A stretch of 42,104 nucleotides of DNA from a virus (lineage: Duplodnaviria > Caudoviricetes): positions 1-42,104 of the IMG/VR virus record IMGVR_UViG_3300024996_000054. One strand, written 5' to 3'. Positions 7,113-14,671 of the stretch are shown here, piece after piece (position 1 is the first letter of the stretch; every line of letters starts with the position of its first letter). The position numbers and the translations under genes were made by a program. Below the pieces are notes generated by a model that worked only from the letters and a program-made list of their open reading frames with translations, did no database searches and was not told the origin of the DNA.

Positions 7113-7271
7113 ATGTCCCCCTTTGATCTACAGACAGACGCTCATCGTGATCCTGTCGAAGAGACTGAAACGGAGCTCGAACATCTCGGGATCATGGTCG
7201 TTTCTGGATTGATCCCGCTCACGTTCGCGATGTTGAGTGCATTGCTCTATCTGTACTGTGGGATGCCATAG
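7113..7271 (+). CDS. 52-aa membrane microprotein
   Basis: Not in the ORF track. GGAGG RBS; MSPFDLQTDAHRDPVEETETELEHLGIMVVSGLIPLTFAMLSALLYLYCGMP. Confidence 0.7.
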   Translation: MSPFDLQTDAHRDPVEETETELEHLGIMVVSGLIPLTFAMLSALLYLYCGMP

Positions 7272-7343
7272 GTGCCGGTGATCGCGCCGCCGCTCCAGAT
7301 TGGAGCCAGGATATCGGACCTTGCCGCGCGCATAGCTGTGTCA

Positions 7344-7433
7344 ATGGTTATCCAGACCATTATTCTCGTGATGCTTGTTGCCAGCCTTGTTGCCGTGCTG
7401 AGGTGTCTTCATCTTCTCCACTCGGTCGATTGA
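7344..7433 (+). CDS. Possible 29-aa hydrophobic peptide (51 aa if started at GTG 7278)
   Basis: MVIQTIILVMLVASLVAVLRCLHLLHSVD; no strong RBS. Confidence 0.3.
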   Translation: MVIQTIILVMLVASLVAVLRCLHLLHSVD

Positions 7434-7530
7434 TCGTCAGCGGCGACTAGCAGCGTCTCGATGGGCATACCGGCACGAGAGGGCTGAACGAAGCTCACCT
7501 TGAGGGCGGGTGGCGGCCATAGAAAAGCGT

Positions 7531-7555
7531 GGAACCAAACGCTCGGCATGGCGTT
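7531..7555 (+). promoter_or_regulatory. Sigma-EcfG promoter
   Basis: GGAAC-N16-CGTT, exact consensus. Confidence 0.78.
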
Positions 7556-7582
7556 CACTCCGCCGGGCGGGAGGACAAAGCC

Positions 7583-7741
7583 ATGAGAACTTTCCTATTA
7601 TCCTCGGACCGGAAAGCGGGTCGGGCGAGAATTGAAGCTGCGATCTCGTTTGTGGCGGTCGTCGCGACGTTGGGGTTCGCGGTTGTCTGCGGACTTATGC
7701 TGGCACCGCTGCTTCACGGGGTTTGGTTCGGTGGTGGCTGA
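7583..7741 (+). CDS. 52-aa membrane microprotein
   Basis: GGAGG RBS before ATG 7583; long TM AAISFVAVVATLGFAVVCGLMLAPLL. Confidence 0.7.
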   Translation: MRTFLLSSDRKAGRARIEAAISFVAVVATLGFAVVCGLMLAPLLHGVWFGGG

Positions 7742-7823
7742 GGACGTGGGCCGAAGCGAAGCTTGACGGGAGAGCGAGGAGAAAAGCAGACTTAGCCGAA
7801 GGTCGCGTACGGGAGGGTGTCAC

Positions 7824-8084
7824 ATGGGCCAAAGTGCATCGTTCGTCTGTGAATGCGGTTCTGAAGCGGTCACGGTCTTTGGGTCGGAAACGACCACCGC
7901 AATCGTCACCTGCAGCCGATGCAGGCGTCTGATCGACGACTGGAATAGCTATTTGTCGAAGGTCTCACCGGCGGCAACTGTCGTTTGGAACATCCAGGCT
8001 GACGCTCGGAGGCAGGACGCGGACAACTATGCAGGCCAGGGTGGCGTCGGCAACTCGCCAAGGAAGCCTTCGACGCTAGGCTGA
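7824..8084 (+). CDS. Small zinc-ribbon-like protein
   Basis: GGAGG RBS; CEC...CSRC; TTGACG upstream. Confidence 0.5.
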   Translation: MGQSASFVCECGSEAVTVFGSETTTAIVTCSRCRRLIDDWNSYLSKVSPAATVVWNIQADARRQDADNYAGQGGVGNSPRKPSTLG

Positions 8085-8203
8085 GCGCGCCCCGGTCAGC
8101 GCGCTGGCGAATTGCTGATAGCTACGAAAAAGGCCGCCATAACCGGCGGCGGTGGTCGCGCTGGTTGGGCAAGAGGCCCTGACACTGGCCCCGATCCGGC
8201 GGA

Positions 8204-8706
8204 TCAGAGGAAGAGGATGGGCGCGGCCCATAGCGCGCCGGCGAGCCATTCGGCGGCGTATTGGTCGTATCCGGTGCGCCGCACGATCACGGCACCGGCA
8301 ACATAGCAGGCCCACAAGGCAATGCCGAAGGCCGGGCCGACGACCAGCCCGGGCAGGATATCAGGCCATACGAGCGCCAGCGGCATGATGAAAACAATCA
8401 TGCGCGGTGCCAGCGCCGCAAAATCGTCGGGCGTGATCCGCAACAGCACCCGGCCGGTCCACGTCCGTCTTGGCGTGAGGGGATCGGTTTCGAGATCGAA
8501 GAACGCGCCCCATTCCGAAGATAGCCGGCGCCGATCAGCAGGGCGTGCGGCCAGGGCTGTACCAGCCACGCCACGAGGGCGATGGCCGGCGCCGCATACC
8601 AGAGCGGACGGCCGGGCCAGCGCGGGGGCGCCGCGAGCCAGCCACTGGCGATACGGTTGATGCAGGCGCAGAGCGCGACAATGGAGAGCGCGATCAGGGC
8701 ACTCAT
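8204..8706 (-). pseudogene. Frameshifted multi-TM membrane protein
   Basis: Hydrophobic N-half (MSALIALSIVALCACINR...LLIGAGYL) and C-half (WGAFFDL...AAEWLAGALWAAPILFL) lie in different frames, switching near 8520. Confidence 0.6.
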
Positions 8707-8825
8707 GGCTGCACCGCCACAGCATGGCCGACCTGATTGCTGAGGTTCGCCCAATCGATCGCACCGCGATGGACTCAGGCGGATAGGCATGCAGCGACAA
8801 GCGCCGCGACAACGATGCGGGTCAT
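8703..8825 (-). pseudogene. Small lipoprotein with an in-frame stop at the expected lipobox Cys
   Basis: MTRIVVAALVAACLSA-(TGA at 8777-8775)-VHRGAIDWANLSNQVGHAVAVQP, ending in an ATGA overlap with the next gene. Confidence 0.5.
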
Positions 8826-8977
8826 GACATGCCTCAGAGGGGTTTGTGGATAAAGAACCCGCCTCAAAGACGGGTGATGGCGCGCATGAAAAAGCCGGCG
8901 GATGGTGGATGGATTTGGCAGAACGAAAGAACAAGTATTAGACTGCGGTGCTAGCATCCAATTGTTCGGAGGATATT

Positions 8978-9124
8978 ATGCCTGTTATTGATTTAAATAA
9001 GAAAGATAAATTCGAATCTAACCAAAAATCTGAAACCATTATTCAGCGGCTCGATGTTGTAATCGTTCTTGGCATGACGATTTTTGGAACTTTGATGTTA
9101 AGCACATTGTTCTACTTGTACTAA
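8978..9124 (+). CDS. 48-aa membrane microprotein (AT-rich moron)
   Basis: Not in the ORF track. GGAGG RBS; MPVIDLNKKDKFESNQKSETIIQRLDVVIVLGMTIFGTLMLSTLFYLY. Confidence 0.72.
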   Translation: MPVIDLNKKDKFESNQKSETIIQRLDVVIVLGMTIFGTLMLSTLFYLY

Positions 9125-9193
9125 TCGTCGCGCCGCTGATTGCATGAAAAAGCCGCCAGAAGCGGCGGCGGATGGTCGGTTATGGTGTGGCGG

Positions 9194-9496
9194 TCAGGCG
9201 GGCCACGTCAGCGCCGGCAACTCAGCCAGCAGCGCCTCGACGGTTGGTTGAGCGCGCTGACCAGACTGCACGAGATCAAGCTGCGTATAGGCATAGGCCC
9301 ATACCGCATCGCGCCACCCGACATAGGCTTGCGCCTCGGCGGCCCATGTCGGGTTGGTGCTGGCGACATAGGTCGAGAGCGACAGGCCGTTGTCGTAGCG
9401 CCGCGCTTGCGCAGCCGCATCGAGCATGGCGACGATCGCAGCCTGATAATCGGCCACGGCCGGCGGCGGAGCCGGACGGACGGTGATGATGCTCAT
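9194..9496 (-). CDS. Tail fibre assembly/chaperone-like protein
   Basis: LDAAAQARRYDN...YVASTNPTWAAEAQAYVGWRDAVW...LPALTWP; downstream of the tail fibre. Confidence 0.75.
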   Translation of the reverse strand: MSIITVRPAPPPAVADYQAAIVAMLDAAAQARRYDNGLSLSTYVASTNPTWAAEAQAYVGWRDAVWAYAYTQLDLVQSGQRAQPTVEALLAELPALTWPA

Positions 9497-9756
9497 GCTG
9501 CGGGCTCCTGCTGCTTCGCCGCTTGCTCCGCGAACCACGCCTCGGCACCGATGCCGTACCCGTCAGGCGCGGTGAAATCGGCCGTCCAGAGATCGCGCTG
9601 CGAGCGATCGGCCGGAATGTCGGCCGCATCGACGATGAGATACGGCACACCGGCCGGCACGTCCTTGCGAGCAACCTCCGCGAGCGGCAGAGTGCCAGTT
9701 GGGATGAGCACGGCGACGCCATCGCCTATTGGGTAGATGATACGCTGGGCCATCAT
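9493..9756 (-). CDS. Tail fibre-associated small protein
   Basis: RIIYP...VAVLIP...KDVPAGVPYLIVDAADIPADR; overlaps both neighbours. Confidence 0.75.
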   Translation of the reverse strand: MMAQRIIYPIGDGVAVLIPTGTLPLAEVARKDVPAGVPYLIVDAADIPADRSQRDLWTADFTAPDGYGIGAEAWFAEQAAKQQEPAA

Positions 9757-11027
9757 TTACCTCCGAGCACGTGCAAGAAGATGCCGTCCACATCCGCGAA
9801 GCCGGTAGTGTTCGGGCCAGTACCGACTTGGACTTGGTTCACGTCGTATGAAAGAATTTCGGCGTAGTAGAAGCCGCTGCCGCTCCACCGAACTGATGCT
9901 ACGGGCGCATAATTCGCGTCCGCCATCGGGGTTGCGAAATTGAAGCCGTATTTCCCGACCGCAATATCGGTGATGCTGGAAATATTGACGCTGTCGCGGA
10001 TGGCGATCGCGCCAGTGCCATTGATATTGCCCCATGCCGTGGGGAGGCGCTTATCGGCTGGCTGCACGGCACTGTCGGCTGTGGCGAGCGATGCTATGGA
10101 TGCCGTAGACAGCGCCAGGCTGCGGTCGGCACTCAGGTCGCCGCCGCCCGTTAGGCCCGTGCCGGCCGTGATCTGACGCGTCTTGACCGTGTAATCGGCC
10201 GGGCTGAAATTGCCCGCGTGCCACGCGGAATGCCCGGCAATATCGAGCTCGCCAGCAATCTTGGCCTTGCCCGTAGACCCGACAACCAAAGCTGTAAGCG
10301 CAGTAACACCCGCCCCCGGTGGGAACCGCACACTAAATTCTAGTAGGTCTCCGGTTATGGTGCTGCCGGCGCGGGCATCATTAAGGAGCGCGATGCTGCC
10401 CACATTATTGACGAGAGAGTGAGCGGCAAGGTCCAATCCTGAGCGAGCGGCTTGCTGCACGATCAGGCCGGAGCCAAGGGTGACAGTGATATCGGCATCT
10501 GTGCCGGCGTCATAACCAGTCCAAGTGACGCCCGACAGATTGCCCCCCGTGATCGTAACCGCACCGGCGGCCTGCGTCGCCATCGAGCCGAGGCCGAGAT
10601 TGTCACGCGCCGCCGCCGCATCTGACGCACCAGTGCCACCATCCGCGACAGCAAGGTCAGTAATCTCGCTGATGGTCCCGCCATTGATCGTCGGGCTGGT
10701 CAGCGTCTTGTTCGTGAGTGTCGCGACCGCGCTGTTCTTGGTCGCATCTGAAGTGTTGTCGACCTGATCAAGAGCCAGAGTGGACCTCGCAGCAGCTACA
10801 TCAGCCGTGGTGAACAGCGCATCGCCAACCGCCGTCGCCCCGAGATTACTCCGAGCGCCGGCCATGTTCGTCGCCCCGGTTCCGCCAGAGCTCAGGGGGC
10901 GCGGCGCATTGAGATCGGCGGCAATATCCTGTGTCAGGGCATTGTAGTCGGCAGCGCGGATCGTATCACCGGCGACAGCGGCTGTGCCGGGCACAAGGCT
11001 GAAGACGCCGCTTACATTTCTCGGCAT
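9753..11027 (-). CDS. Tail fibre protein
   Basis: Repeated GGTGA..AARxNLG motifs, WHAGNF, AGTGLTGGG, and a beta-rich C-terminal domain. Confidence 0.85.
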   Translation of the reverse strand: MPRNVSGVFSLVPGTAAVAGDTIRAADYNALTQDIAADLNAPRPLSSGGTGATNMAGARSNLGATAVGDALFTTADVAAARSTLALDQVDNTSDATKNSAVATLTNKTLTSPTINGGTISEITDLAVADGGTGASDAAAARDNLGLGSMATQAAGAVTITGGNLSGVTWTGYDAGTDADITVTLGSGLIVQQAARSGLDLAAHSLVNNVGSIALLNDARAGSTITGDLLEFSVRFPPGAGVTALTALVVGSTGKAKIAGELDIAGHSAWHAGNFSPADYTVKTRQITAGTGLTGGGDLSADRSLALSTASIASLATADSAVQPADKRLPTAWGNINGTGAIAIRDSVNISSITDIAVGKYGFNFATPMADANYAPVASVRWSGSGFYYAEILSYDVNQVQVGTGPNTTGFADVDGIFLHVLGGK

Positions 11028-11042
11028 GGGGCTTCTCCATAG

Positions 11043-11065
11043 AAAAAGCCGCCTGCGGGCGGCTT
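11043..11065 (-). terminator. Terminator-like hairpin upstream of the tail fibre gene
   Basis: AAGCCGCCCGCAGGCGGCTTTTT on the minus strand. Confidence 0.6.
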
Positions 11066-11090
11066 GCGGAATGTCTGGTTGTGGAGTTCG

Positions 11091-11273
11091 ATGCTTTCGG
11101 AGGCAGAGATGGACGAGCTACCCGCCGACATTCTCAAAGGCATCAGTTCAGTGCAGGCCGAACAATCTGGGGTGATGAACCAGACCGAAACAATTCGTTT
11201 CATCCTTCGCGACTGGCTCATCGGCCACGGTTACTTGAAGGCTCCGCCTGACGATCCCGAGATGGCTAACTGA
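11091..11273 (+). CDS. Small hypothetical protein (RHH-like C-terminal helix)
   Basis: QTETIRFILRDWLIGHGYL; alternative start at 11109. Confidence 0.5.
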   Translation: MLSEAEMDELPADILKGISSVQAEQSGVMNQTETIRFILRDWLIGHGYLKAPPDDPEMAN

Positions 11274-11325
11274 CCAATGGACTCCACCTCTTCCAAGTGA
11301 TTGGATATCCTTGGGAGGGGTGGCG

Positions 11326-11925
11326 ATGAGACAAATTGTGATAGCCGCGTTACTGGCATTGCTCAGCGTTTCATATGGCAGCGCTCGGGCAAAAACACCG
11401 GACACCGCGCTGTGGAAGAAGGTGAACGGATGGTACATTTATATCGACAAAACAGTCGGATATCAGTGTTTCATCGCGAATATATATGAAGACCTTACAG
11501 TTTTCAGGATGGGATTTCAAAAGCCCTCATCAGCTACTGCCCTGTACATCGCTATTGGGAACAAAAACTGGCAGTCGCTAGAGGACGGCAAGGACTACCC
11601 CCTCGTCATGCAGGTCGATAATGAGAAGCCGTGGAATTCGCCGGCCTCCGCCGCTCATATCGGGAAAATGCCATTTCTCATTGTCAACACAAGCCAAATT
11701 CAATTTGTCAGCCAGATTCTTCGTAAACATGGGTTGAAGGTATTCTTCAATGGGGAGAATATCCTGAACCTTAGCTTGAGGGGATCAGCTGGCGCCCTGC
11801 AAGAAATGGTAAATTGCCAACGGGCGGTCAATGAGTACCTGGGCCAGAGGAAGCCGGCATCGAAAGATCCCTTCTCCGGCGCATCTAATACCCGGCCCAA
11901 GAAAGACCCATTCGCCACATACTGA
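11326..11925 (+). CDS. Secreted/periplasmic hypothetical protein (low-GC moron)
   Basis: GGAGG RBS; signal peptide MRQIVIAALLALLSVSYGSARA; opposite to the late operon. Confidence 0.85.
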   Translation: MRQIVIAALLALLSVSYGSARAKTPDTALWKKVNGWYIYIDKTVGYQCFIANIYEDLTVFRMGFQKPSSATALYIAIGNKNWQSLEDGKDYPLVMQVDNEKPWNSPASAAHIGKMPFLIVNTSQIQFVSQILRKHGLKVFFNGENILNLSLRGSAGALQEMVNCQRAVNEYLGQRKPASKDPFSGASNTRPKKDPFATY

Positions 11926-12090
11926 TATTGCCCAGATGAGAATTCGAAGCCGCACCAATTATAGCATGACCGGAATAGCCCTTGAGGTTTCTGGCGTTTG
12001 GGCTTTCGTCGCCAAGTTCTCGCGCAAAGCGGTGGCAATAATAGACCGCACGCCAATGATCGACCACAACCCGCACGAGAGGCGGCTGAG

Positions 12091-12291
12091 ATGAAGTACC
12101 TCGTCTGCACGGCCGTACTGATCGCCTGCGTCTGGGGACTACGGTCCACCATCAATGAGGCGTTCGCGACGAGCTTCACCACCGGGATGATATTCTGTGT
12201 GGCGTTCGGAGCGGTCATGTTCGCTATTGCGCTCTACGTCGATCGTCGAGACCGGCGCGCGCAGCAAGGGCAGCGGCCACCGCAGCGATAG
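12091..12291 (+). CDS. Small two-TM membrane protein
   Basis: GAGG RBS; MKYLVCTAVLIACVWG...GMIFCVAFGAVMFAIALYV; overlaps the 3' end of the convergent gene. Confidence 0.55.
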   Translation: MKYLVCTAVLIACVWGLRSTINEAFATSFTTGMIFCVAFGAVMFAIALYVDRRDRRAQQGQRPPQR

Positions 12292-14317
12292 ATCCTTTGG
12301 CATCGGCCGACTGCTTCAGCTGCTGCGTCCGCGAGATCGCATCGACAAGCGCCGACAAGTTACGGTCCCGCTCCGGGCCGCCGGCCGACAGGAACCGTGC
12401 GATCTCCGCGTCGCGCGGCGCATTGTTTCTCTCCAGCATCGCTTGCAGGACGGCGTTTGCCGGCTTGAGCAGCAGGCGCTTGGCATCGCCGTAGAGCGTG
12501 TCGGACGTCAGCTTGACCGGGTTGTCATCCTCCAGTGCTTTGGCTGCCTGCGAGCGCTGCGCCGTCTGGCTGTTCTCCACGACCTTGTTGAAGGTATCGC
12601 GGAACTTCGTATTGCGATCGACAGACGCAACCAGCGCGTTCGCGGCATCGTCGCCGAAGGCCGTGCCGATCTTGGCCGTGTTCCAGCCGCCCTCCCCCTG
12701 CAATGCGCCCTTCAACGCCACGAGATCGTTGACCTTCGTCCCAAGCTGGCGATCGATCTCGGCGCGAGCGCCCTTGTTGAAGGCGATCTGCTCACCGGGA
12801 ACCATGGCGCCGAAGTCCTCGGCAAAGCGGCCCGGAGACGGCGCGGTCTTGCCGGAATCGAGGATCCCTGTACCGGCCTGGACTGCCTCTGCGCGCCGGG
12901 CCAAGGCTGCCGACTGAGCATTGGCCTCGGCATAGCCTGGAACCTGCTGCTCGAGCGCGTCGTTAAGCTGGCCCCGGATCGTCTTCAACGCGCCCTGCTG
13001 GCGCTCAAGCGCTCCCGCCGGCACGCCAAGCCCTGGCGCTCCATACTGGATGACGTTGTCAAGTTCACCCTTGATCTTGTGTAGGTTGATCGCGGCATCC
13101 TTGGGCGCCGCTCGCAACTCTGTCACGATCTCGCCCGTAACCGGATCATACATCGGCGCCCCGGACTTGGTCAGGACCGCAGCTTGCTTCTGCGTCATCA
13201 GGTAGTCTCGCGCCGAGATCAGCGCCTTCTTCTCCATCCCTTCCGATTGGTCAATCGCCTTGCCGAGATTGGCCAGCAGGGCCGTCGTATCGACGGCCGG
13301 CGCGTTGTCGAGCGCCTTGCCGTAGTTGATGGCATCCACCTGGCTCCGGCGGTTCACGATCGCATTCGTGACGGCCTGCGCGTCTTCCGCGGGGCCCAGC
13401 GCGGCGTTGACATCGCCATAGACGCGGGCGTTCGTGCCCTCATTGCGGGCTCTGAGCGCGTCGGTGAGGATCGTCCGCCCTTCTCCCGGCCGGGCGCCAA
13501 CGCCCTGGGCCAACCCGAGCATGCTGGGGCCCGTGTCGGCAAGCACGGCATCCGGGCCAAGCCGCGCCGCCTCAGCCTGTACTCGCGCAACATCGTCTGC
13601 CTGCAGCGCCCCCATGACCTTGCGCTGCGCTGCGGAAGATAGGCCGTCTATGGTGGGGGCAGCCCGGCCGGCAAATGTATTATAGGCGGCGCCAATGCCA
13701 CGGGCCAAAATAGGAATCGACAGACCGACAGCGGCCCCGCCCGCTGCCCCCTGTCCCGTGCTTTTCGCTGTGGCTCCGAGATCAGTCAGGTCCGGCGATG
13801 CGGACAGGCCCTCAACGCTGCCAATCCCGCCACCAGCCAGCATGCCCCGAAACGCCCGAGCCGCGAGGCCCGCGCTTTTAGCTGCGGCACCCACGGCACC
13901 CACGGGGACGAGCGCGCCACCAGCCATGCCGCCGATAGCCGAAGTTACAGGGTAGTTCTTGGCGATCTCTGCTTCAGCATTGCGCTCACGGGCGAGGTTG
14001 TCGGCATAAGAGCCGCCACCGGGCATCAGCGTTTCTCTTGCCGCCGAGAGCCGATCCGCGAACGGCAGACCGTCCGCAATGCTCTTCGCACCAACGCCTG
14101 CCAGCCCGACCAATCCCGGCCCGAGATTGCGGGCAAAACCGGCGCGCATATCGCCCACGGCCGCCGGCAACGGCTCCGGATTGAACCCGTCGAGGTTGAC
14201 GGCCGCCATGCCCGAGATATTGCCGTCATGGACTGGCGCAGCATCCCACCACTGGCCCTGCGGCGCCTGAGACGGCGCCTGCTGAGCGACCGGGGCGTTT
14301 TCCCACCATTCAGCCAT
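12224..14317 (-). CDS. Internal virion/DNA ejection (transfer) protein
   Basis: 697 aa, Ala/Gly-rich, MAEWWENAP start, hydrophobic Gly-Ala segments; position matches P22-like ejection genes. Confidence 0.78.
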   Translation of the reverse strand: MAEWWENAPVAQQAPSQAPQGQWWDAAPVHDGNISGMAAVNLDGFNPEPLPAAVGDMRAGFARNLGPGLVGLAGVGAKSIADGLPFADRLSAARETLMPGGGSYADNLARERNAEAEIAKNYPVTSAIGGMAGGALVPVGAVGAAAKSAGLAARAFRGMLAGGGIGSVEGLSASPDLTDLGATAKSTGQGAAGGAAVGLSIPILARGIGAAYNTFAGRAAPTIDGLSSAAQRKVMGALQADDVARVQAEAARLGPDAVLADTGPSMLGLAQGVGARPGEGRTILTDALRARNEGTNARVYGDVNAALGPAEDAQAVTNAIVNRRSQVDAINYGKALDNAPAVDTTALLANLGKAIDQSEGMEKKALISARDYLMTQKQAAVLTKSGAPMYDPVTGEIVTELRAAPKDAAINLHKIKGELDNVIQYGAPGLGVPAGALERQQGALKTIRGQLNDALEQQVPGYAEANAQSAALARRAEAVQAGTGILDSGKTAPSPGRFAEDFGAMVPGEQIAFNKGARAEIDRQLGTKVNDLVALKGALQGEGGWNTAKIGTAFGDDAANALVASVDRNTKFRDTFNKVVENSQTAQRSQAAKALEDDNPVKLTSDTLYGDAKRLLLKPANAVLQAMLERNNAPRDAEIARFLSAGGPERDRNLSALVDAISRTQQLKQSADAKGSIAAVAAALAARAGLDDRRRAQ

Positions 14318-14377
14318 GACTCGACTCCGTCGCCTGAAGGCTCAATGATCCGCGCGGTATTTGGGGGGAGAGGTTCA

Positions 14378-14671
14378 ATGTCACAGCGATTTTTGCCGCC
14401 GCTAGAAGCCGATACGAGCTATCGCGTGGCAGACTTTGAGTACTTTGAATACGGGCATCGCTCGCTTCGGAAGCTGGTGACAGGCGAAGACACCAGTATT
14501 CTGCACCTTCATCTGAAAAACCGGACCACACTTGATCTACCAGTATCGGACGAGGCGCTGCATCTCCTCCTGAGGACACTGATTGATGCCTTTCCAGTCG
14601 AGACGCTAAGGCACGTAAAAACGCGGCCGTGGTGCCCCGACAATATGAAAGAATGGGAGCCACCGACCTAA
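14378..14671 (+). CDS. Hypothetical protein (antisense moron between ejection genes)
   Basis: GGAGAGG RBS before ATG 14378; globular 97-aa composition. Confidence 0.55.
   Translation: MSQRFLPPLEADTSYRVADFEYFEYGHRSLRKLVTGEDTSILHLHLKNRTTLDLPVSDEALHLLLRTLIDAFPVETLRHVKTRPWCPDNMKEWEPPT

Noticed and set aside
9753-11027. Diversity-generating retroelement or invertible tail-fibre cassette
   Set aside because: No reverse transcriptase, invertase or template/variable repeat pair seen.
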